DNA of 62,758 nucleotides, counting the filler, from Octopus bimaculoides (taxonomy: Eukaryota): the NCBI RefSeq assembly GCF_001194135.2. It is 7 parts of 5 records of this genome, joined end to end, with 100 filler letters (N's around TTAATTAATTAA, not from the genome) between each part and the next. Parts side by side here need not be neighbours in the genome. Positions count along the whole stretch, not along the records: positions 1 to 14,655 come from NC_068988.1; 6 more parts are not named here. One strand, 5' to 3'. Both the position numbers and the translations under genes were made by a program. Below, one piece after another: positions 1 through 11,083 of the stretch; position 1 is the stretch's first letter, and each line of letters begins with the position of its first letter. The notes under the pieces are model-generated. The model did not search any database. It saw only the letters and a program-made list of their open reading frames with translations, and had not been told where the DNA came from.

Positions 1-421
1 TATATATATATATATATATGAGTGTACAAACGATAGAAGGTGCCGCTCAATACATTTGGTAGGATTTACAAATATTTTTTATAACACTTTGACTAACTTT
101 CATATGGCTTAAAGTTTCATGGGTGTGTAGGACACGACCATCTTATCAGATATTATGGACTTCCTAATATGGATGTGTCCTACATGCTGATGTGAAGCTG
201 AGTCAAACTCTTATTAAATTTACATACATATACACACCACACACTCATGCATACACATATGTGTGTGTTTGTGTGTGCGTGTGTGTGTGTGAGTGTGTGT
301 GTGTGTGCGTTTGTGTGTGTGTGTGTGTGTGTACCTGCATGCGTGTGTGTTTCTGTATGAAGAGGATCTAAATTATGTTAGAGGAAACGTGTTCTGTAAG
401 GGATGAAAACCGAATACTTAC

Positions 422-539
422 AGGCAGCGTGATTCGCCATACTCGTTATCCCATCCGTAGGACGGGAAGTTTCGCGGTTTGCCCAGTTGGACCTCTCTGC
501 CTTCAAGAGCCACCAACGAGTTCGGACCAACAGGTTTGC
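422..539 (-). CDS. ovoA: OvoA exon (6th visible), start of the FGE-sulfatase-like domain: (G)KPVGPNSLVALEGREVQLGKPRNFPSYGWDNEYGESRC
   Basis: Flanked by tcatgtag| acceptor and |gtaagt donor. Phase 1 to 2, compatible with the preceding exon. LGKP..FPSYGWDNEYG is a characteristic OvoA motif (family knowledge). The gene continues left of the window. Confidence 0.93.
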
Positions 540-552
540 CTACATGAAACAT

Positions 553-601
<49 letters not shown>
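553..601. repeat. (CAT)n microsatellite in ovoA intron. Representative of dozens of SSRs: (AAT)n 1728-1773 and 40202-40264, (TAGA)n 11025-11082, (ATT)n 18577-18635, (CA)n 56387-56464, (TA)n 58797-58859
   Basis: Direct reading. Confidence 0.95.
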
Positions 602-602
<1 letters not shown>

Positions 603-1575
603 TTGCTACATTGTTTTGTTATATTGTAATGGTCTGTACGAAGGGGCTATACCCTAATCCTTCACTGGTCTTCCGGTGCTAGTTAAGTTCAATGCCATTA
701 ACGTTCCTCTTGAACTGTCGGAAATCAGTTACTACAGGAAACACTTGTGCGAACCTGGTATTCCAAAGAACTGACATTCTTCGAACACACGGCTGGGCAT
801 TGTGGTTAATTTGAGATGAAAGGGAAGAAGAGATAAGTGATTGGAAAAGTGCCTGAAGAGAAATGTCAGAAGACCAACCAGCTCCAAGAACCAGGGGCCA
901 CAGTAGTTGTGGTGAAATGTCACAGGAGAGGACAAAACATAACTGTGGAACAGTGTTTGGAGTATGCTAGTGAGTGAACGCATGCCAGTCAGTCAGTCAG
1001 TCAGTTACCTTCAGAATGTCAGTAACATTGTCCCAGATTTGGGAGTAGCATTCAATTGTAGGTTAGCCTCAATGTTGATAAATATGATATCTGCTTTTTT
1101 ACGAAACCTATGAAAGGCATTCGGAATATATCCTAGCGTCACACGATACATACTAACTGCTAAGCGGATTGTAACTCCACATGGTACCTGTTTACAGCTA
1201 GGTGGGCTGTGTCATCATATGCCACTTATTTGACTTATTTTGGATGTTGCAAGCATTGGAGCCTCTTCTCCGATTTGAAGATACCTTCCTCTTCCCCTGT
1301 TTCTAGCCTCGGGGACCCAGCCCTGTAATGGGTCAGTGGGCACAGCTATTCCCATTGACTAATAGATAAGAAAGAGGTGGACTGTCCGTCATCACGGTAT
1401 CTCTTTACAGCTAAATGTTGTGTTCTTTACATACATTTTGCTACTGGATAAAATCTACGTGCTAATGATATATATTTACACTAAAGTGATACAGTCATCA
1501 ACTCGGTCAAACGTGTTTCACGTAAAACAAATTTAAAAGTTTGAAATCTGAAATAGCAAAGTTCTAAAATTTTAC

Positions 1576-1702
1576 CGGTTTTCATTTCAGCATATACCCA
1601 TGTTGGAGGCTTCGTCACTACGTTGACTGGGAGTTGACGAATAAGGACAGAAGATGTTTCTAGATGAATACGTTCGTGCGCCATGCCCATCAGAAGGGCC
1701 CA
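1576..1702 (-). CDS. ovoA: OvoA exon (5th visible) with the iron-binding HX3HXE motif: WALLMGMAHERIHLETSSVLIRQLPVNVVTKPPTWVYAEMKT
   Basis: ttttctatacag| acceptor and |gtaaaa donor, 127 nt, phase 0 to 1. HERIHLETSSVLIRQLP is the OvoA signature. Confidence 0.96.
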
Positions 1703-1726
1703 CTGTATAGAAAAGTAGATATCATC

Positions 1727-1773
<47 letters not shown>

Positions 1774-1985
1774 CCTTTCTACTAAAGGTACAAGGCCTGA
1801 AATTTGGGCGGGGAGAACTAGTCGATTACATCGACCCCAGTGTATCACTGGTACTTTATTCATCGACCCCGAAAGGATGAAAGGCAAAGTCAACCTCAGC
1901 AGAATTTGAACTCAGAACGTAGAGACAGACGAAATACTGCTAAGCATTTGGCCCGGCGTGCTAACGATTCAGCCAGCTCACTACC

Positions 1986-1988
<3 letters not shown>
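1774..1988 (-). mobile_element. tRNA-derived SINE, family A (AAGGYGGYGAGCTGGCAG...GAGTTCAAATTC...CGACCCC)
   Basis: Reverse complement carries A/B-box-like head. More than 10 related copies in the window. Confidence 0.85.
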
Positions 1989-2033
<45 letters not shown>

Positions 2034-2437
2034 GTGATGATGATGATGATGATGATGATAAGGAAGGGGAAGATAGTCGTAGGGTTGGTATTGGTAGTTG
2101 TGGTGATAATTGTGGCAGAAGTAATTGTAATTATGGTGGTGCCGATGATGAGTGAGGTAGAATTAGTTTAGGTGGTTGTGATGTTGGTGTTGGTAGGAGC
2201 GGTGTCGGTATTGGTGGTGATGGTGAGAGAAGAAGCGACGGTGGTAGTGGTGGAAGTCATGATGGCGGTGGAAGTCATGATAATGGTGATGATGATGATG
2301 ATGATGATGATGATCGTGGTGTATTCAGTAATGGTGGTTGTGGTGATGATGATTGCGATGATGATTGTGATGATGGAGGGTGCTGGTGATGGTGGGGAGG
2401 AATGTGATGACTATGGTGATGGTATTATTACTCTTAC

Positions 2438-2581
2438 CCATTTGCTCTCCATGGTGATGGGAAGTTCAAGCGGTGTATCATTGATCATTTGCAGTATGGC
2501 GTTTTTCACCTGCCGTCTGTAGGCTGTCACGTCAACCACTTCCGGCCACACGATGGGTTTACCATCAATCCGCTGGTTAAC
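2438..2581 (-). CDS. ovoA: OvoA exon (4th visible): VNQRIDGKPIVWPEVVDVTAYRRQVKNAILQMINDTPLELPITMESKW
   Basis: actaacag| acceptor and |gtaaga donor, 144 nt, phase 0 to 0. WP...V..YR..V and LPIT....WW match the OvoA DinB-like domain. Confidence 0.93.
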
Positions 2582-2671
2582 CTGTTAGTCGAGAAAAGTA
2601 TTGAAAAATGAGTGACTGACTAGGCATAAATTAAAGAATAAAGCCGATTGTGACTTAACCGCAACAGTATT

Positions 2672-2876
2672 CTTTTCTTCTCTAGGCACAAAGCCTGAAA
2701 TTTTTTGGGAAGGGGCCCAGTCGATTAGATCGACCCCAGCACGCAACTGGTGCTTATTTTATCGACCCCGAAGGGATGAAAAGCACAGTCGACCTCAGCG
2801 GAATTTGAACTCAGAACATAAAGACAGACGAAATAACACTAAGCATTGCGCCCGGCGTGCTAACGTTTCCGCCAGT
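2672..2876 (-). mobile_element. SINE family A copy
   Basis: Strong similarity to 1774-1988. Confidence 0.85.
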
Positions 2877-4078
2877 ATTAAACCACAAAAACATTATGAA
2901 TTTCTAATATCGGCACTAATACATTTTAAACCATTAATTTTGGAGGAGTTAGGCCAGTCATGAGCAAATTGTGGCCCGCGGGATTGTGTGGATAAAAAAA
3001 ATTATATTAATCTTTTTTAGTNNNNNNNNNNNNNNNNNNNNNNNNNNNNNNNNNNNNNNNNNNNNNNNNNNNNNNNNNNNNNNNNNNNNNNNNNNNNNNN
3101 NNNNNNNNNNNNNNNNNNNNNNNNNNNNNNNNNNNNNNNNNNNNNNNNNNNNNNNNNNNNNNNNNNNNNNNNNNNNNNNNNNNNNNNNNNNNNNNNNNNN
3201 NNNNNNNNNNNNNNNNNNNNNNNNNNNNNNNNNNNNNNNNNNNNNNNNNNNNNNNNNNNNNNNNNNNNNNNNNNNNNNNNNNNNNNNNNNNNNNNNNNNN
3301 NNNNNNNNNNNNNNNNNNNNNNNNNNNNNNNNNNNNNNNNNNNNNNNNNNNNNNNNNNNNNNNNNNNNNNNNNNNNNNNNNNNNNNNNNNNNNNNNNNNN
3401 NNNNNNNNNNNNNNNNNNNNNNNNNNNNNNNNNNNNNNNNNNNNNNNNNNNNNNNNNNNNNNNNNNNNNNNNNNNNNNNNNNNNNNNNNNNNNNNNNNNN
3501 NNNNNNNNNNNNNNNNNNNNNNNNNNNNNNNNNNNNNNNNNNNNNNNNNNNNNNNNNNNNNNNNNNNNNNNNNNNNNNNNNNNNNNNNNNNNNNNNNNNN
3601 NNNNNNNNNNNNNNNNNNNNNNNNNNNNNNNNNNNNNNNNNNNNNNNNNNNNNNNNNNNNNNNNNNNNNNNNNNNNNNNNNNNNNNNNNNNNNNNNNNNN
3701 NNNNNNNNNNNNNNNNNNNNNNNNNNNNNNNNNNNNNNNNNNNNNNNNNNNNNNNNNNNNNNNNNNNNNNNNNNNNNNNNNNNNNNNNNNNNNNNNNNNN
3801 NNNNNNNNNNNNNNNNNNNNNNNNNNNNNNNNNNNNNNNNNNNNNNNNNNNNNNNNNNNNNNNNNNNNNNNNNNNNNNNNNNNNNNNNNNNNNNNNNNNN
3901 NNNNNNNNNNNNNNNNNNNNNNNNNNNNNNNNNNNNNNNNNNNNNNNNNNNNNNNNNNNNNNNNNNNNNNNNNNNNNNNNNNNNNNNNNNNNNNNNNNNN
4001 NNNNNNNNNNNNNNNNNNGTGCGTGCGTGTATGTGTGTGTATCAAAGAGAGAGAGAGAGAATGTGTGTGAGTGAATGT

Positions 4079-4131
<53 letters not shown>

Positions 4132-4397
4132 GGTATGTGTGTCTGTGACTTTGTAGGTATGCATGCTTGCGCATGTGTATGTGTGCGCGCGCATACGTGC
4201 GTATGTGTGTGTGTGTGCGTGTGTGTATATCAATATGTGTATGAATATGTATCCGTTTGAGTTATTTGTGCACGAGGTGTTTGTGTGTGCGTAAGTGTGT
4301 ACGTGTGTATGTGTGTATGTGTGTATGCGTGCGTGCGTGCGCATAATTTAGTGAGTATGTATTTGCACGCTTGTGAGAGGATGTTAGAGACACTTAC

Positions 4398-4466
4398 CGT
4401 ATCGTCCCAGAACATTTCGTCTACACCAGTCTCAAAGATGGTCTCGAACTCGGCATTTATCCGTTT
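4398..4466 (-). CDS. ovoA: OvoA exon (3rd visible): KRINAEFETIFETGVDEMFWDDT
   Basis: tcttgtttccgcacag| acceptor and |gtaagt donor, 69 nt, phase 0 to 0. Contains the GVDEMxWDD motif. Confidence 0.95.
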
Positions 4467-4637
4467 CTGTGCGGAAACAAGAGCATTAATGGTGTTGTTG
4501 TTGTTGTTGTTGATGATGATGATGATGATAATGATGATGGTGGTGGTGGTGAGGGTGAGGGTGGCAGTGGTGTTAGTGACATGGGTGATGTTGGTAATGA
4601 TAGATGCTCTCTGTTTTTCCTTCTTGTGCAAACATAC

Positions 4638-4675
<38 letters not shown>

Positions 4676-4714
4676 AAGAATTTCGTTGAAGAGATTTTCC
4701 TTACTTGCTGAGTT

Positions 4715-5100
4715 GTGGTGAAAAAATATATAACAAAAGAAGGAAAATGCACACAATTTAGATATTTTTAATATTTTATAAACTTGAATATTATGATAGT
4801 CTACGGGTTTCATATTTTGCTACTCATGACTAGGAAATTGGTTGAAATATTGCAATTTCGAGTATCTTAAGGAATTTTTTGTCCATGTTGTTTGTATGAG
4901 AGTTTGTTTGTACAATACAAACAACATGAACTAAAAACTTCTTAAGTTACAACAAAATTGCAATATTTTCATCAATTTCCCAATCTTGATTAGCAAAACG
5001 TGAGACTGGTAGGCTATCATAATATTCTATCTTACAAAATACATTAAAAATATCTAAATTGTGTGCATTTTCCTTCTTTTGTTATGTATTTTTTCACTAT
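4715..5100. mobile_element. Foldback / MITE-like long imperfect palindrome
   Basis: About 4715-4897 is the reverse complement of about 4914-5100, e.g. gtggtgaaaaaatatataacaaaagaaggaaaatgcacac versus gtgtgcattttccttcttttgttatgtattttttcactat. Confidence 0.75.
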
Positions 5101-5108
5101 CTACCTAC

Positions 5109-5152
<44 letters not shown>

Positions 5153-5429
5153 ATAATCATTATTATTACTATTATTTCGCTTAGGCATTGAGATACTAAT
5201 ATTAATACCCTGGTGTTAAAATTGTGTACATATTCTGCACAACAATGCGTCAGTCGAGAGCAGAGCAGTAATATGAAAATGAAAATGAAAATGATAAGGG
5301 AATAAGAAATTGTGCCAGGAACTTCATTAGCTTACAGATGATGTTCCTGCTATAAGATGCAATGCACTCATAGTTGAGTGCTTGTGTGTCACTCTAGAGC
5401 TTCACCGCCACGTCAAAAAGATTTGAAGT

Positions 5430-6160
5430 GTTGTGAATAAAGTGAGAGTGACCGGAGAATATTACACCAGACCTAGAAAAATATGGCAATCGGAACACTT
5501 GTCTTGCAGCAAGTCAATATCTCAGGATGCATTTGCAGTACCAATACTGATACCAACATTTGGGGTACTTGACTGGTCCACAGAGGAAATCCACTCATAG
5601 TCATTAAATCTCGCAAGATCCTCACAGCAACAGGAAACTTCCACAAAAGCAGTAATATCGACAGGCTCTAAGAATTGATGAAGGCGGCTGAGATTTGGGA
5701 TTAGTGCAGTCAGCCTTTTAATGTCGTATAGTTTCTGTCAGACAGATCCTGTTAAACAACAGCAGCATAAATAAATACATCAACCTAGCGCTGATAAACG
5801 AAGACAACTTCCTACGTGTCGATCTTCCTGACACCTGCCATGCAACCCCAAAACAGCTGGACTAACATGCCTCAAAGAAGACCTGGATGTGAAACGCTCA
5901 GCATTCCAAAAGAAGACGAAGCAGTGGTACGTTTTCTGAAGACTTGAAGATGACAGCATCGGCATAATGTGAAATAGAGGAGCCCTTGAAGCCCCAAGAT
6001 GCAATCGAAGATGTTGATTATATTACATTTTAATAGAAGACATCACACATGTAATCAGCAGCTGCTCCAAAATGTCGTCAAGGTACTACCTCCCAATGCG
6101 ACATAACGTTACCGCTAAAACATTATACAATACAATCCGAAAAACGATTGTCCCGGGATG
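5430..6160 (+). mobile_element. R4/Dong-like (REL-endonuclease) LINE remnant
   Basis: Translates to EYYTRPRKIWQSE...AFAVPILIPTFGVLDW...ILTATGNFHK and EDITHVISSCSKMSSRYYLPMRH, with frameshifts. Confidence 0.7.
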
Positions 6161-7249
6161 AATATAGAAAACCCTCTGTTATTGAATATGTACATAAATG
6201 TCAATAGAAGGAACACTAGTGGAATATTCCCATCAAAACTTCTACCAAATGCAAACACAACAGGCTGCATATCGTTGTTTGGGACAGAGAAAAACAAGTA
6301 TGTATGTTATAGAGGTCAGCTGATGTTAATATCTTTCCCCAAATCAAAGAGAAAGCAGACAACTACAGACAACTACTTCGAAACTTCAGCTCCTGCATCC
6401 AGATTATAAATTCACATTTATACCAATAATAATTGGTGCATTTCATTTTGTGGAGCGACAATTTGGAAAAGTTAGAGTTTTCAGAAAAAGATCTCAGCCA
6501 GATAATACTCACTTTACGCATACAATCTGTAAGCGAAGAGTAAAAATATGTAAGAGTATACTGAAGATCAAAACGGGAATTTTCTTTTGTTATCTACATT
6601 CCAAAGATGGAGCTTTGTATCTTTGTCAGAAACCAGGACCTTTCTTACAGGAAAATTTTAAATAATTAAGAGTAGAAAATAACATGCATACATGCACACA
6701 CACACACACACACAGACACACACACAGACACACACATACACACACACACACATACACACACACACGCACGCACGTACACATGCACACAAGAACGCACGCA
6801 CGCAGATACATACATACATACATACATACATACATGCATGCATGCATACATACATACATACATACATACATACATACATACATAGTGGTCTAAATTTAAA
6901 TGTATACACAACATTGTTTCTATATTTTTGACCGGCTCTTTCTCTTTCGGTGAGGAATTTGAAAAATATTAGCAGAATCTAGTGACAGCTACAAGCATAC
7001 ATACATACATACATACATATCAATTAAGTATATCAATTAAGTATATCATTCGTCATTTAAGTATATATGAGCCTGTCTAGATATGCAAATATATGCATGA
7101 AAATACATACATAAGATAAAACATATGAATCTGCACGTATACATACATATATACATACATACATACATACACACATACATACACACACACATACATACAT
7201 ACATACATATATACATGCATACATGCGTACATACAAAAATACCATGTTG

Positions 7250-7536
7250 ATGTTAAAATTCCAATGAAGGAGCCTTGGATCTAGGTTAGAAACTTTATTG
7301 GCAAGAAATCTTGAAATAAAACTCAGAGCACTCAGAGAGCGCAAACCTCCACCAAGGCAGAATCCTTGTCCGGTACCGGATCGATCCCAAAATCTAATCA
7401 GTTTGTGACAGTCACGAGACCAAACATCCCTCAAAGTTTCATCCAGCAGTTCTTGAGATATTTTGTCTACAGACAAACAAACAAACAAACACGACTGAAA
7501 ACAATACCTCCGCCTTCGCTAAGGTGGGGGTAATAA

Positions 7537-7540
<4 letters not shown>
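7250..7540. repeat. Interspersed non-autonomous repeat with CCTCC(A/G)CC subterminal motifs
   Basis: aaactcagagcactcagagagcgcaaacctccaccaaggc ... acctccgccttcgctaaggtgggggtaat. Family not assigned. Confidence 0.4.
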
Positions 7541-7584
<44 letters not shown>

Positions 7585-7882
7585 TTGTGTGTGTGTGTGT
7601 GTGTACCATTTTAATATAAATCTTTCTGTTGTTAGTCAAATTCCAGTGAATTCTGCTTTGCTAGAGACCAATTTTTTTTATAAGAATTAAAATATTGTTA
7701 AAAGATAAACTACATACATCCATCCATACATACATACATACACATGCATACATAAATACATACTGACAGACAGACAGACAGAGGTAGATACGTAAATAAT
7801 TGCACAAATATACGCATTCATACATATATACCTACATGAATGCACACAGATCTGAAACGTTTGAACCAAAATTAGAACCTAC

Positions 7883-7995
7883 TGTTAGTAGATCAGCCAA
7901 CATAAGCTTATTGACGTAGACTGCCGAAGTGTGTCCGTAGTAGAAGATTAGTGGCAGTCTTAATCTGTCTGGATAAAGATATAGAGCCGAGTCAT
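7883..7995 (-). CDS. ovoA: OvoA exon (2nd visible): (D)DSALYLYPDRLRLPLIFYYGHTSAVYVNKLMLADLLT
   Basis: ttcttaattccag| acceptor and |gtaggt donor, 113 nt, phase 1 to 0. LRxPLIFYYGHT..xNKL motif, whose His is an iron ligand in characterised OvoA. Confidence 0.96.
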
Positions 7996-8094
7996 CTGGA
8001 ATTAAGAACAGATAAACTGACATATACATGTGTATGTGTGTGAACATATATTCGCATAATTTTGTGTATGTATATGTATGTTTGTCCATGTATA

Positions 8095-9400
8095 TATCAA
8101 GTCATTAAAAATGAAACCGAAAGTTTATTTTACTTTATCTCAACAAAAAGCAATGCAGTTAATCAAAGTATGCACCTAAATTATCAACACAATTTTGCCA
8201 TTTTATCGGTAGCATATTTATGCCGGCAGCGAAGAATTCTGGAGAGTGAGAGGCGATGAAATCACGAAAGGCTGTTTTTGTATCGTCTTCAGATTTAAAG
8301 TTTTTTCTTGCGAAAAGTTGTCTAATGCCTGGAAAACGTGATAGTCACTTGGTGCAAGGTCTGGTGAATATGGTGGATGACAGAGTACTTCCAAGATCAG
8401 TTCCTGTAACCTGAGTAGCGTTCATTGTGCAGCATGTGGTCGAGCATTGTCTTGCAAGAGAATTGGCCTGTCTCTATTGACCAATCTCGGTTGTTTAATT
8501 GCAAGTTCACTCATCATTTCATCCCATTAGTTGATGTATACATCCGCTGTAATTGACTTACCAGGTCTCATGAAGCTGTAGTGGACGACACCAGCGCTGG
8601 ATCACCATACAGACAGCATTAGCATTTTTCGATGAATATTCTTTTTTGGATTATGTTTTGACACTTCGTCTCTATTCAACCACAATGCAGAACACTTGCC
8701 ATTGTTGAAAAGAATCCATTTTACATTACATGTAACAATATGATGCAAAAATATTCGCTTTTATGCTGTGACAGAAAAGAACAGCAAGTTTCAAGACGAC
8801 GTGGCATTTGATGCTCGTTCAGTTCGTGTGGTACCCACTTGTCCAGCTTCTTTACCATGCCGATTTGTTTCAGATGATCCAAAACAGTTGGAATTGAAAC
8901 ATCAAACCTTGCTGCTAACTCACGCATAGTTCGAGATGGGTCCGCTTCCACTACAGTTTCCAACTTATCCCTATCTACCTTGCTCTCGGGTCTTCCACGG
9001 GGCTGATTTTCAAGAGTAAAGTCACCAGATCGGAACTTCTCAAACCATCGATGTACAGTGCGCTCATTCGCCACATCTTTACCAATCAGCTCATTGATAT
9101 TTCGAGCTGTCTGGGTTGCATTGGTTCCACGACGGAACTCATATTTATAAACAACACAAGCGGAAACCAGAGGAACATAATTAATAACCACGCTCAAAAA
9201 CAAATATATACATATATTCTTCTACATTTATAGAAATTCCAAATATATAAATATAAAAATACCTATAAATAGATAAATATCGATGTGATACATAAAACAC
9301 AGTGAATTTTAGATTTAAAAGTTATAATACATTGGTGTAATAAAAATTTCAGATGATAAAACATTAAAAGGACGTACTAAAATACCATGAAAATACTACA
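8095..9400 (-). mobile_element. Decayed mariner (DD34D) transposon
   Basis: YEFRRG..HTH, WVPHEL (ORF 8721-9203), and downstream frameshifted DNARPH and HPPYSPDLAPSDY motifs. Ends approximate. Confidence 0.92.
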
Positions 9401-9689
9401 AAAATTTTAAAATTCTATCTACGGGCCGGTTCAGAGGCGTGCCAAGTAATATGATATATTTCATATTTTTAAAACTGACACTCTCCTCATCAGGATGTTT
9501 TCACACAATACAGAAAAAAAACAACAAAAAAACAAAACAAAAAAACAAAAAACAAAACAAAAACAAATGCAGAAATACAATTATACAATTACATACCAGC
9601 CTGAAATAAATCTTTCAAAAAAGATGATGGTGCGTATTTTACTTTTGAGATGACTGTGTTTATATGTATGTTAACTGATATCTAACTGT

Positions 9690-10642
9690 TCAAAGAAGAC
9701 TTCGTAGCGGCTACTCGTGAAAATGGACAAAGTTTGGCATCGTAGTGTTATCAAGTACCTGTTGGAAAATAGTTTAGCCCTTCCGCCTCCAAGTACATTT
9801 ATGCTGATATGGTTGCTACATTAGGGGATGACACTCCAGATTTACCAATAGTACAAAAGTGGGTGACTGAATATTGGGGTGGGGGAGAGTTTCTGCTCGG
9901 TGGATGCCACGTCTTCTGACACTTGATCCCAAGCGCACCAGGCTGATTCACATCACAGGAAAATCTGACACTGCTTGAAGCAGATCCAGCTGATTTCCTT
10001 GAATGTTTCCTAAGCCAGAATGAGTGCCACGTTCATCGCTTTTAGAAACAAAGAGACAATCCATGCAGTGGAAACAATCATTCTTCACCTGTTCCAAAGA
10101 AAGCCAAGGTCGTTTCATCTGCATGGAAGGTGACTACCTCATTTTGGGGACATGCAAAGGGCATTGTGCTTATTAACTATCTTCAAAAGGGCCACACCAT
10201 TAATGGAGAGTACTATACCAACTTGCTGAGGCAGTTATGAAAGGCTATCAAGACCATCAAGAAAACTAACGAAAGGGGTCTTGTTTCGAGAGGCCAATGC
10301 TCCAGCACACAGGTTCATGGTTTCAATATCTGGTGTGCGTGACTGTGGCCTTGAATTGACTGATCATCCTCCTTATTCTCCTAATTTGGCTCTGTCTGAC
10401 TCATCTGAAAAAACACTTGGCTGAGAACTAGTATTGCAGTGATGATAGCATCATATCTTCTGTTGATTACTTTTTTGACTAACAGGGTGAAAGCATTTTC
10501 ACCAACGGGATACATGATCTGGAACACCGATGGAAGAAGTGTGTGTACTGCAAGAGGGACTACGTTGGAAGATAAACTTTGTTTGGTCACATTCCATGAG
10601 AGTATCTTGGTCATCCTATGAGCTTTTCAGCCGACCTTCGTA
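9690..10642 (+). mobile_element. Decayed mariner of a second lineage with its right TIR
   Basis: ADMVATLGDD..., PKKAKVVSS, HPPYSPNLALSD. 3' TIR ...cctatgagcttttcagccgaccttcgTA ends at 10642. Confidence 0.88.
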
Positions 10643-11023
10643 TGTGTGTGTGTATACATATATACATACATATATATATGTATATATATATACATANNNN
10701 NNNNNNTTTGGTCACATTCCATGAGAGTATCTTGGTCATCCTATGAGCTTTTCAGCCGACCTTCGTATGTGTGTGTGTATACATATATACATACATATAT
10801 AACGTGAGAGAGTTAGGGGTTGGGGGTTCAACCCACTAAGGGATAGTATCTATCCAGTATACTGCTGGGAGGGTACCCAATTATTGCTACACTAGTGCTA
10901 TACTAGGTGCAATCAATGGGAGCGGGTAAAAGTGGAGGTTTTACCCAAAATTTGTGTAACAATTAGAAAATGGAGGATAATATATAGAAAGAGAGAGAGA
11001 CAGAGACAAACAGACAGACAGAC

Positions 11024-11083
<60 letters not shown>

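Noticed and set aside
375-629. 84-aa ORF with a poly-His tail
   Set aside because: It is antisense to an ovoA exon and the poly-H is a (CAT)n microsatellite.
2172-2522. Met/Val-rich, membrane-like 116-aa ORF
   Set aside because: It is a (GTG/ATG)n cryptic repeat plus the antisense strand of an ovoA exon.
2971-4174. Long ORFs of 250-400 aa spanning N runs (also near 11.3-12.4, 15.5-16.7, 30.3-30.8, 41.5-42.3 and 52.0-52.7 kb)
   Set aside because: They are open only because of N gaps and dinucleotide repeats.
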